Source of the DNA: Antedon mediterranea
Lineage: Eukaryota > Animalia > Echinodermata
Length of the DNA stretch: 64,000 nucleotides
Assembly (NCBI RefSeq): GCF_964355755.1
Contig: NC_092670.1
Coordinates: 27,204,795-27,268,794, forward strand
Direction: 5' to 3'
Part shown: piece after piece, positions 28,901 through 41,186 of the stretch
Position numbering within the stretch: position 1 is the stretch's first letter
Layout: every line of letters begins with the position of its first letter
Made by a program: the position numbers and the translations under genes
The notes under the pieces: generated by a model
What the model saw: the letters and a program-made list of their open reading frames with translations, nothing else
The model's database searches: none
What the model was told of the DNA's origin: nothing

Positions 28901-31427
28901 ATAATTATTATTAATATCTTATATCACATTGTTGGATATGATCAATGTAGTCAAAATTTGATAACTGAGCACGCATCTGTCAATATCTACATCAACAATA
29001 ATTATTATTAATAATCTATATCACATTGTTGGATATGATCTGTGTAGTCATAATTTGATAACTGAGCACTCATCTTTTAATATCTACCTCATCAATAATT
29101 ATTATTAATATCTTATATCACATTGTTGGATATGATCAATGTAGTCAGAATTTGATAACTGAGCACGCATCTGTCAATATCTACATCAACAATAATTATT
29201 ATTAATAATCTATATCACATTGTTGGATATGATCTGTGTAGTCATAATTTGATAACTGAGCACTCATCTTTTAATATCTACCTCATCAATAATTATTATT
29301 AATATCTTATATCACATTGTTGGATATGATCAGTGTAGTCATAATTCGATAACTGAGCACGCATCTTTTAATATCTACAGTACCTCATCAATAATTATTT
29401 TTAATAATCTATATCACATTGTTCGATATAATCAGTGTAGTCAAAATTAGATAACTGAGCACGCATCTTTTAATATCTACCTCATCAATAATTATTACTA
29501 ATAATCTATATCACATTGTTGGATATGATCAGTGTAGTCAGAATTTGAAAACTGAGCACGCATCTTTTAATATCTACCTCACCAATAATTATTATTAATA
29601 TCATATATCATACTGTTAGATGTGATCAGTGTAGTCATAATTTGATAACTGAGCACGCATCTTTAAATATCTAAATCATCAATAATTATTATTAATAATC
29701 TATATCACATTGTTGGATATGATCAGTTTAGTCAGAATTTGATAACTGAGCACGTGCCTTTTAATATCTAAATCATCAATAATTATTATTAATATCTTAT
29801 ATCACATTGTTGGATATAATCAGTGTAGTCATAATTTGATAACTGAGCACGCATCTTTAAATATCTACATCATCAATAATTATTATTAATAATCTCTATC
29901 ACAGTGTTGGATATGATCAGTGGAGTCAGAATTTGATAACTGAGCACGCTTCTTTTAATATCTACCTCATCAATAATTATTATTAATATCTTATATCACA
30001 TTGTTGGATATAATCAGTGTAGTCAGAATTTGATAACTGAGCACGCATCTTTTAATATCTACCTCATCAATAATTATTATTAATATCTTATATCACATTG
30101 TTGGATATGATCAGTGTAGTCATAATTTGATAACTGAGCACGCCTCTTTAAATATCTACATCATCAATAATTATTAATAATAATCTATATCACATTTTTG
30201 GATATGATCAGTGTAGTATTAATTTGATAACTGAGCACGCATCTTTTAATATCTACCTCATCAATAATTAATGTTAATAATCTATATCACATTGTTGGAT
30301 ATGATCAGTGTAGTCAGAATTTGATAACTGAGCACGCATCTTTAAATATCTACCTCATCAATAATTATTATTAATAATCTATATCACATTGTTGGATATA
30401 ATCAGTGTAGTCATAATTTGATAACTGAGCACGCATCTTTTAATATCTACCTCATCAATAATTATTATTAATAATCTATAGCACATTGTTTGATATGATC
30501 AGTGTAGTCATAATTTGATAACTGAGCACGCATCTTTTAATATCTACCTCATCGGTAATTATTATTAAAAATCTATAGCACATTGTTTGATATGATCAGT
30601 GTAGTCATAATTTGATAACTGAGCACGCATCTTTAAATATCTACATCATCAATAATTATTAATAATAATCTATATCACATTTTTGGATATGATCAGTGTA
30701 GTCAGAATTTGATAACTGAGCACGCATCTTTAAATATCCACCTCATCAATAATTATTATTAATATCATATATCACATTGTTCGATATGATCAGTGTAGTC
30801 AGAATTTGATAACTGAGCACGCATCTTTTAATATCTACCTCATCAATAATTATTATTAATATCTTATATCACATTGTTGGATATGATCAATGTAGTCATA
30901 ATTGGATAACTGAGCACGCATCTTTAAATATCTACCTCATCAATAATTATTATTAATAATCTATATCACATTGTTGGATATAATCAGTGTAGTCATAATT
31001 TGATTACTGAGCACGCATCTTTTAATATCTACCTCATCAATAATTATTATTAATATCTTATATCACATTGTTGGATATGATCAGTGTAGTCATAATTTGA
31101 TAACTGAGCACGCATCTTTCAATATCTACATCATCAATAATTATTATTAATAATCTATGTCATATTATTGTTGGATATGATCAGTGTAGTCATAATTTGA
31201 TAACTGAGCACGCATCTTTTAATATCTACCTCATCAATAATTATTATTAATATCTTATATCACATTGTTGGATATGATCAGTGTAGTCAGAATTTGATAA
31301 CTGAGCACGCATCTTTCAATATCTACATCATCAATACTTATTATTAATAATCTATATCACATTGTTGGATATGATCAGTGTAGTCATAATTTGATAACTA
31401 TGAGCACGCATCTTTTAATATCTACCA
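10966..31427 (+). repeat. 97-bp satellite DNA array, block 2 (~210 monomers)
   Basis: Same monomer and phase as block 1, and shares diagnostic variants with it (e.g. GAGCATGCACG near 2141, 11901 and 14137). Occasional deleted monomers occur near 14369 and 17400. Confidence 0.98.
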
Positions 31428-32479
31428 TCTATATATAAATTATGGTTAATTCTGACATAGGCGAGCACAATGCAAAAACTTCGGTACAAATCTCCGCCTT
31501 GGATACCTACCTTATCTATCCGAGATGTACCGCGAAACGTAGATTTGATAACATTAGTGTGCACGCCGACGCTATTGTTTCATATTTATATCTTAGGAAG
31601 ATATTATAAAGAGTTTTGTAACAACATTTATGATTTCAACATTGGATTTTCCTCTCAATTTCAATTCTTCCCGGTCAAAGTAATTTCCGGGTTTAAGATA
31701 AGTTCACCTTAGTTTCAAATATTTTCTCTATTTTATACACAAGGGAGCAGTTAAAATAATAGATTTGACCCTAAAGGTGACTGGAAACAGGCACTTTCCA
31801 TCAATCAATACAGTGTCCCTTTGGAAGACGAAAAAAAAATTGGCCATTAATCATAGCCATTTCAGTTTTTTGTTTATTTTAAAACATACCACACGTGTGT
31901 GAAGGTACAGTAGTTAAATAATAGGAATTATACTGCAAATTAATAAAGATCAAATTAAATATACGCCATAAAGAATCAGAATATATTGTGGGGAATAGTA
32001 TTATAAAATTACATAGGGAGATTTGATAAGACATTTTTCGAGTGAAATCCCGATAGCTGAGTTTTATTGAGTAAGCTTGCAGGAATAACTGTAGGCTATC
32101 TTCCTGTGTCCCGTTAGGACCGAGATGTCTGCCCATGTTGCAAGCCGTAATGTCTTCTTTCTTGGGCCCACTCTGTCACGGCAGTTAGTTTCAAAAGATG
32201 ATTAAATTAAATAATGTATTAATAATTATTAGGATGGTATTCATTTGAATAAACGCCTCTCCAATAAAACATCACTTTGAATAATAACACCCCCCCCCCC
32301 CACAACCCAACTATCTAATAAACGTCCATCCACATATTTATAATAACACAATTATACTATTTGTAGTAGAATTCACCGCACTGTTATCTGCAATTTACCA
32401 AGCATTTGTTATTCTTTTTTACCACTTTTTTATATCTATGAGAGGATTTCATTTGATTATAAATGTTACCATATTTTTT

Positions 32480-32986
32480 TTTTTTTTATCTTATGTGGGT
32501 TCATCCCACTTTTATTTCCATACCACTGTTCTCTTTACATATATTTTTCACTATACACTATACATATCATTATATTTACAATGTTTGTTTAATCATCTGT
32601 ATACATATACTTATTTAAAGAGTTTTATTCATTTGTTTACATATTATCACATTGATTACATAGCTTCCTCTTTTTAAACATATTATCTGTAACACATTTT
32701 CATTAACAAGCTTATTTTTTTTCTTACATAGTTGTTTTTGATTTTTTCATCTACCACATTTTCATTTAACAATGCATATTCTCTGTTATACTCATTACTT
32801 ACTACATGTTTACTGTTAACATAATATTGTTCTCATCCTTTAACATTAATATTAATATTTTTGTTCTTTAATGTTTACAAAACCAGCAGATCCTTTTTTG
32901 CATCTATAACTTCTTAAATTTTCATTTAACTTTTTTACTTTCTTCTCTTATGTGGATTCCTTCCACTTTTTTTTTTTTACTTTTTT

Positions 32987-33024
<38 letters not shown>

Positions 33025-33700
33025 ATTTCCATATATTATTTTGTTTATACATACATTTAGTAGAGGCTATATATGGTTTGACCTTGAAAAAATTCTAATA
33101 AAAGGTCTTTTGGTATTTTCTTGTAGCTTTAGGTGTCAATAATTACCAAAAAATTTTTGCAGCCTTCTAGTTGCTGCGTTAGTGAGATATTGAGGGTCAA
33201 AGGTCAGTGACCTTTTTGTGGCATTTGATAACCACATTGATTACATAGTTTCCTCTTTTTATACATATTATCTATAACACTTTTTCATTAACAAAGCTTA
33301 TTTTTTCTTACATAGTTGTTTTTGTTTTTTTTTTCATCTACATGCATATTTATTTCATACAATTATAATACGTTTATGTTTAATAAATCCATCCCATGGG
33401 TTTGTCCCATTTTATTTTTCTTTGGATTTATCTATGCAAACATATTTTCATTTAAACAATGCATATTCTCTGTTATACTAATTACTTACTAACTTTTTAC
33501 TGTTAACATTATATTTTCCTCATCCTTTAACATTGATTTTTTTGATCTTTAAATGTTTACAAAATTTATTTCCAACAGATTATCCTTTTTTGCATCTACA
33601 GTATAACCCATCAAAGTTTCATTTAACTTTTTTTTTCCTATGTGGGTTCATTCAATTATTTTTTTTTTACTTATTATTTATTCTATTATTTTTTTATACA
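32480..33700. repeat. Diverged T-rich direct repeats inside the Helitron (main copies ~32648-32975 and ~33233-33670)
   Basis: CACATTGATTACATAG(C/T)TTCCTCTTTTT...TTACATAGTTGTTTTTG...ATGCATATTCTCTGTTATACT occurs twice, with a partial third copy (CTTATGTGGGTTCAT) near 32490. Confidence 0.8.
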
Positions 33701-33754
33701 TACATTATCATTTAACAACATTTGTGTTTAATGATCCATTAAAAAAATTAGACA

Positions 33755-34008
33755 TTTTTTTTTTTCTTTTTAACCATTTTATCATTTCAAAATTCCACAT
33801 GCAGTAAGAATGTGCAAATTACATATATACGGTATATACCTATAATATGAAAGCTTTGATGAAAACACTTCCCCACTTAAACCTAAACCTTCTTATCCTT
33901 CATCATTTTTTTTTATCATCAATCTATAAAAAGCTTTTCACATTTTGTCTTTTTGTTTTCAAATCATCAAGGTATACATATTTACAAAACATACAGTATA
34001 GTAGCAAG

Positions 34009-34042
<34 letters not shown>

Positions 34043-36835
34043 ATAATAGATTCATCATTCATGGTATCTCATTTACATATTTTCTTCCTTAATCTGGTTG
34101 AGCACATACAGTATACCTGCAGATTTACATATTTCTTATCTTTTTTTCAGATTTAAACATTTGTAGGAGATTGATTTTTTTTTCTTTTTCCAATAAACTT
34201 AATATCTTTACTTTATAAATACAAAATGCTCCTAAAGTGTATAATTTATTTACGTAATTATTGTCAGTTTCAAATAAAAGTCTTTTGAAAGAAAAAACAG
34301 GAATATGTATGCTTACTGCTCTAATTATTTCGTTTATCTCTCTCCATAAAGATTTTACTGTTATGCACTCTACTAACATATGTTTATCATTCTCAATAAC
34401 ATTGCATGTGTCACAACATGGGGAATTTACAAGTCTCCACCTATGTAATCTTTCATTTGTTGGCAATATTCTGTGCAACAATTTAAAATTAAAATGTGCC
34501 AGTTTTTTTTCTTTAAGACCAGAAACTTTCTTAACCCATATTTTTGTCCATGGCATATTACCAAATATGGATTCCCACTTAACCTGTGCCGTAGGTGTAA
34601 TATAGTGAGCATCTATTATGAATCTATATAATTGTCTAGACGTCATATTTAAGACCTTATTGTTTGTAATAGGTATATCATTTACATTAATGTCATGTGT
34701 TGATTTTAAAATACATTTCCATTCTTTTGGAATGGCTTTCAATATACATGAATATTCACTGATCCAATTTTGTGTACATCTTAACCTTCTTTTTATCTCT
34801 ATCGCAGGCTTAAACACATTATTATTTATTACATCATATATTTTTAAAAACCCTGAACTAATCCAGTTACAGTTATATAACGGCTTCTTTTTAATACATA
34901 TAAACTCATTACCCCATAATGATTGATTAATAATGTCATCATAGCTTATTGGTTTCTTATTTAATCTATTATTACAAGCATTAGCTACTGCTATAGACTT
35001 AATAACTGAGAGGTAAAATGGTGGTACGGATATATTACACGGAACTTTTGATAAATTTGAGGTTAATGATTTTGGGCCTATCTTTTCTATATAAAATGTA
35101 GGTAAATATTTCCATTTGGCATCATCGTTTTCATACAGTCTCCTGTACCATTTAACTTGGAAAGATATTACATGAGATCTGAATTCTACCATTTTTAGAC
35201 CACCTTGACTGTAATTGGCACACATGGTTTTTCTTTTTATTTTCTCTTTCTTAGTTTCCCAAATGAATTTAAAAATTAATTTATCCACCTCTTTTATTAC
35301 TTTTTCTGGTACTAGCAAAATGCAGGAATTGTATATAATTTTTGAGAGCGCTAATGTTTTTACAATAGTAATTCTTCCAAAAAAAGTGAGGTGTCTTTTC
35401 TCCCATGTTTTTAGGGTATTTTCTAATGCGTCTATTTTTTCTTTCCAGTTCTTTTGATAACAATATTCCTTATCATGTCCAACATAGATACCTAATATCC
35501 GAATTGGTGTGGATGTCCAAGAAATGTTACCATGTGTGTCCTTGCAGTCTCTTAAACTGCCAAGCCAAAAAGCATTTGTTTTATTCTTATTTAATTTTAA
35601 TCCAGAAACCTCTCCAAACTTTTCAATAATACTTATGCTGTTATCTATACTATTTATATCCTTTAGAAAAAGCACAGTGTCATCTGCTAGCTGTGCAATC
35701 TTAATATCTTTAAATATACCATTGCCTGCAGGAACAATCAGGCCTTTGACCATATCACATGCTCTTATTTTTGTAGCTAGGACTTCAGCTACTAAAATAA
35801 ACAATAGAGCAGACAAGGGACATCCTTGGTGCATTGCAAAACTTTCTGATTGCCAACCATTATTTGTGAATATACAATTTGTATTGTTATACAGTGCTTT
35901 TACCCAGTTCACAAATGAAATACCAAAATTGAATTTATTTAAGGCTTCTATTAAAAATGATCTATTGACACTGTCAAATGCTTTTTGGAAATCTAAACTT
36001 ATAAGTATACCTTCAAGCTGTTCATTTTCCATGTAAGTAATTATGTCCTCTATTAGTCTTATATTGTCACCACCAAAGCGACCATTTACATACCCTTTTT
36101 GGTCATTGTTTATTATATACTTTGCAACTCGATGTAATCTTGTTGTAAGAACAAAAGAAGCTATTTTGTAGTCAATATTGAGTAAAGTGATAGGGCGCCA
36201 GTTATTTAAATCTTTGTGATCACCTTTTTTGTAAATAAGGTTGATTATTCCCCTTCTTTGTGACACAGACATTTCTTGTGTGGCAAAACCATAATTTAGT
36301 GCATCACAAACAAGGTCACAGATAAGGTACCAGAAGAGTTGATAAAACTCAACTGTTAAACCGTCACTGCCTGGAGCTTTATTTTTTTTCATTTTCTTTA
36401 TTGCTTGCTCACATTCGAAGAGAGAGAGATGACCCTCACACATCTCTTGTTCTGCCTCTGTGAGTTTAGTTAAATTAACATGAGATAGGTACTTATCAAT
36501 TGATTTGTAAGGAACATCTTGTTTTGCATATATTTTTTTGAAGAAATTAACCTCTTCCTTCAATATCTCTGTGGAATTTGATATAATGGATCCGTCCTGT
36601 TTTTTTAATTTTTTAATATGTTTTTTATTACTATTATTTTTCTCTAAACCAAGAAAGTATTTAGTGTTTCGTTCGCCATCTTCTATCCACTTTACTCTTG
36701 ACCTAATTTGAGCGCCTTTAGCTTCCAATAGGTAAATTTGCTCAAGTTCATTCTTTTTTTTGATCTAATTCTGTTTCATACTGGATATTATTATCAGTAT
36801 TATCCTTTTTCATAATTAAATCATTAATGTTACCA
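33755..36835 (-). mobile_element. 5'-truncated Tx1/L1-clade non-LTR retrotransposon
   Basis: Contains the RT ORF. Coding similarity extends, frameshifted, to ~36835; no endonuclease or ORF1. The 3' UTR runs to a probable poly(A) tail (T-run at ~33755-33771). The 3' boundary is tentative. Confidence 0.8.
34125..36728 (-). pseudogene. ORF2 remnant: reverse transcriptase + C-terminal zf-RVT zinc finger (Tx1/L1 clade)
   Basis: Motifs KGAQIRSRVKWIEDGERNTKYF, KAPGSDG, NWRPITLLNIDYKI, LDFQKAFDSV, QGCPLS, QLADD and C-terminal CDTC..H..C. The usual RGxR before QGCPLS is missing (in-frame deletion) and the N-terminus is truncated/frameshifted. Confidence 0.92.
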
Positions 36836-37115
36836 TATTATTAGAACTAAAAAATTTAACATATATCCCTCGAATAAGCACCTCCTTCAAATGACCTCCG
36901 CCTCCCCAAAGGGCCCTACTAAACAATAAAAACTATACTTTAAAATGTTATTAATCATCTAAAACACTGTGAAACAAAGTAGTTCAGTTTTACGAATGTC
37001 AAGCATTTTCAATAATGGTAACCGACAGAAAATGTATAAGGAGAACATTATCATTCCGAGAACCATCGTCTACACTTCCTAGAGGGGGAGCGAGCGAAGC
37101 GAGCTCACCCTCTAG

Positions 37116-37446
37116 TATCATTAATTAATATTAATAATCTATATCACGTTGTTGGATATGATCAGTGTAGTCATAATTTGATAACTGAGCACGCATCTTT
37201 TAATATCTACCTCATCAATAATTATTATTAATAATCTATATCACATTGTTCGATATGATCAGTGTAGTCATAATTTGATAACTGAGCACGCATCTTTCAA
37301 TATCTACCTCATCAATAATTATTAATAATAATCTATATCACATTGTTGGATATGATCTGTGTATTCATAATTTGATATAACGCATCTTTTAATATCTACC
37401 TAATCAATAATAATTATTAATACTTAATGTTGGATATGATCAGTGT
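37116..37446 (+). repeat. Terminal ~3.5 decaying monomers of the 97-bp satellite
   Basis: Recognisable monomers resume after the Helitron CTAG and degrade by ~37446. Confidence 0.92.
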
Positions 37447-38099
37447 GATTTTGTTAGATTTACTGTATACAAGAGATCGAGTCGATGGGTTTTGAAAATG
37501 TGTTATTCTTTTGTTCCTAATTACCCTATTGTTTTGTATCCGTTTGCTGTTTAAATTTATACTTTTAAGAACGCATCGTTTATGATGAACGTGTGCCGTT
37601 GTAAAAATAAAAATATTTCATATCTTTTAATGTTTGATATGTATTGTACATGCTTTGGCTTCTATTGAGGGTCCCAGTTCTTCTTAACAGAATAAATGTG
37701 CAGTGAATGAATAATTTGATAAATGAGGACGTGTGTGTTTTAACATCGATCTATACAGACCGTAATACTCTTCCAGAAATGATATGTTGCTATAATAGGC
37801 CTATGACCAATTTCCATTACATTAATAATTCAATTAAGATTGGAAATGTGTCAGAAATACTAAAGAAATCCAGTAATCTTATTGATTAATAATTATTTAT
37901 ACCATTTCAGAAAACTAAACTTGCAGCCAATCAAAAAGCTGCTGTACTGTATAAGTAGAGAATTTTAAGTAGGAGTTGTTTTAAATGTCATTGGTCTCGG
38001 CTAATCAGTTATTGCCATTTGACTATGATAGGCATCTTTATTACCAAACAATATTAAAATATAATGACTTCCTTCACTTTTTACAACCTAGTTTGTGTT

Positions 38100-39745
38100 T
38101 TAAAATGTCAATTTTGGATAAATTTACAGATTTTACCATTTAAACTGCGTAAACGTAATGCAAACTTTAAAAAAACACCCACAAACATCATCCAAACAAC
38201 TTAATATTGATTATACCACTACAAGAACTATAAAAGAGGACAATTTATGAAATCATTTCATTGAAATAGCTCTAGGTTTGATTTTTTAGGGTGAAAAATG
38301 TAAACTTTGGATAAATTGACAGATTTTACCATGTAAACTGTGCAAACTTTAAAAAAACACCCAACAAACATCATCCAAACCACTTAATATTGATTTATAC
38401 CACTACTAGAACTATAAAAGAGGACAATTTATGAAATAATTTTATTGAAACAGCTCTAGGTTTGAATTTTTAGGGTAAAAATTGTCAATTTTGGATAAAT
38501 TTACAGATTTTACCATGTAAACTGCGTAAACTTAATGCAAACTTAAAAAAAAACACCCCACAAACATCATCCAAACAACTTAATATTGCTTATACCACTA
38601 CAAGAACTATAAAAGAGGACAATTTATGAAATCATTTCATTGAAATAGCTCTAGGTTTGAATTTTTAGGGTGAAAAATGTCAATTTTGGATAAATTTACA
38701 GATTTTACCATGTAAACTTAATGCAAACTTTAAAAAAACACCCACAAACATCATCCAAACAACTTAATATTGATTATACCACTACAAGAACTATAAAAGA
38801 GGACAATTTATGAAATCATTTCATTGAAATAGCTCTAGGTTTGAATTTTTAGGGTGAAAAATGTCAATTTTGGATAAATTTACAGATTTTACCATGTAAA
38901 CTTAATGCAAACTTTAAAAAAACACCCAACAAACATCACCCAAACCACTTAATATTGATTATACCACTACTAGAACTATAAAAGAGGACAATTTATGAAA
39001 TAATTTTATTGAAATAGCTCTAGGTTTGAATTTTTAGGGTTAAAAATGTCAATTTTGGATAAATTTACAGATTTTGCCATGTAAACTTCGTAAACTTAAT
39101 GCTAACTTAAAAAAAACACCCCACAAACATCATCCAAACAACTTAGTATTGATTATACCACTACTAGAACTATAAAAGAGGACAATTTATGAAATCATTT
39201 TATTAAAATAGTTCTAGGTATAAATTGACACATTTTACCATGTAAACTGTGCAAACTTTAAAAAAACACCCCACAAACATCATCCAAACCACTTAATATT
39301 GATTATATCATTATTAGAACTATAAAAGAGGACAATTTATGAAATAATTTTATTGAAATGGCTCTAAGATTTTTTTAGGAGTGAAAAATGTCAATTTTGG
39401 ATAATTGACAGATTTTACCATTTAAACTGCGCAAACGTAATGCAAACTTTAAAAAATACCCTGCAAACATCATTCAAACAATTGAATACTGATTATACCA
39501 CTACTAGAAATACAAAAGAAGACAATTTATGAAATCATTTTATTAAAATAGCTCTAGGTTTGACATTTTTGGGGTAAAAAACCACTTAATATTGATTATC
39601 ACTAAAACTATAAAAGAAGACAACTTATGAAATGATTTTATTGAAATAGGTCAAAGTTTGACCTTTTTGGAAAAATTGACAGATTTTAAAGTGTAAACTT
39701 TACAATGCAAAAAAGGCCATCTGCAAACATCCTTCAAACCACTTA
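38100..39745. repeat. Tandem repeat, ~185-195-bp unit, ~9 copies
   Basis: The unit AAAATGTCAATTTTGGATAAATTTACAGATTTTACC...CAAACATCATCCAAAC...GAACTATAAAAGAGGACAATTTATGAAAT...GCTCTAGGTTTG starts near 38102, 38295, 38479, 38674, 38858 and 39043, and degrades to the right. Confidence 0.95.
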
Positions 39746-39830
39746 TTATATTAAGACAATATTAATATTTGAAGCAGATATAAAATGATGCAAATGCATA
39801 GGCCTACACTGATCATATTTGATATTGGTA

Positions 39831-41186
39831 TCTATATATAAATTTACGTAAGGGCAAAATTCGGTAAATCGCGCCTTACTTCTAGAATTTTCACTCGATG
39901 GTATGTAAAGTTGGTTCGTACTTTCGGTACTGATTTTAACCGCCTGATGTAACCCTGTTTACTAATTAAATTGAGTTAAATAATTAGTTATTGACGATTA
40001 AAACGAATTTAGGTTAAACGATTTGCCCCAAATAGGGGTGTTTTCCGATCGTGGTATACACTGTCTAATGGATGTCCGTCTTGAAAAATACCCGCCAAAA
40101 AAATGCGAGGAGGCTTCGCATTTTTCTATCTCCTCCTACGATAATTGTTTTTAATAGCTGAAAACCGGTTGAACAGCTAGAGTACACCATCATAATGTTG
40201 AAGACAGGCCGATTTTCTTTAAAAAATACTATTTTGATAGATTTAATATACGATTATACAAATGTATTGATTTGCGATGAATGGAACATCCAGTTTGGTT
40301 TAACACAAGTACTGTAGGTAAATTTATGAGCCCTTGGTTTAACACATACGGTAGGTAAATATATGGGCCCTTTGAGAATAAACTTGCAATAGGTTCGGAA
40401 AATGTTAAAAACCAATTTCTATTATTTGAATCGGTAAACAGTTTCCATTTATTATACATTGATAATGAAACATGAAATATTCCTATTTATGTCCCTCGAG
40501 GTTCATTACAATTTATATTTAGTAGTCCCACGGACTTCATCTTAGCCACTCCCCCGAGTGCTAAGGCCAAATTTATGATACCCTACTTTCTATGTAAGTT
40601 TAGTTACAGTTAGTTCTTGACGATAATACAACGAATTTAGGTTACACCCTTCGGCCGCGAAAACGTTTCTGTACAAATATGATACCGATTGGCTTTATTT
40701 CATTCAACAGCGACCATAATCTCGCCAATTACAGGATAGATAAACTATTTTATTATTGATGTGCTTATAAATTAAGACTCATGTAAACAGCTTGATTACA
40801 TCATTTTACAGACAAACGAAACTTTTAAACCTACTGTTTCAATAACTGAGTATAATACTGTATACGTTTTCATAAGTAAGTGCATATACATTTTCGTGTT
40901 TTCATTGACGAGATTGTAATAGTAACTTCAGTAACTATTACAGTACTTATTTATTATACGACACAAGACAATTGTATCTGACAGGTACGTACATTATTCT
41001 AAAAAATAAGTCTAGATAGATCCCTTAGGCGTCATAAATCACAGGCCAACAAATCAGTACTCATGACAGAAATTCGACCCAGTTTGGTTCACACAAATGT
41101 TTACAGGAATTTCAACACCACAACCGATGATTTGCCCTAAATATTTAGGTAGACTACAGTTTAATTTTTCACTGAATAGGAGCTTG
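39831..41186 (+). mobile_element. Second Helitron-like non-autonomous element (1.36 kb)
   Basis: A|TCTATATATAAATT start identical to 31428, plus a similar nearby motif (GCAAAATTCGGTAAATCGCGCC vs GCAAAAACTTCGGTACAAATCTCCGCC). It ends CTTG|T after a weak hairpin (CAGT...ACTG). The flanks rejoin as a degenerate minus-strand satellite monomer (ATTGGTA|TATAGAC vs ATTGTGA|TATAGAT). Confidence 0.62.

Larger units (their letters stand above)
31428..37115 (+). mobile_element. Non-autonomous Helitron (5.7 kb) inserted in the satellite edge
   Basis: A|TCTATATATAAATT 5' end. The 3' end has a GC-rich hairpin region (CTAGAGGGGGAGCGAGCGAAGCGAGCTCACCCTCTAG) ending CTAG|T. No TSD, and the satellite monomer continues in register on both sides. 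No Rep/helicase ORF. Confidence 0.82.

Noticed and set aside
1-31427. CRISPR-like repeat-spacer reading of the array
   Set aside because: The whole 97-bp unit repeats; the variable positions are point variants, not unique spacers; there are no cas genes and the context is eukaryotic.
34009-34041. Poly(A) run as the LINE tail, and the poly-Lys ORFs across it
   Set aside because: The LINE is on the minus strand, so this is a T-run within its 3' UTR; the ORFs are homopolymer artefacts.
34261-36036. Plus-strand ORFs overlapping the RT
   Set aside because: Antisense shadows of the RT frame with no motifs.
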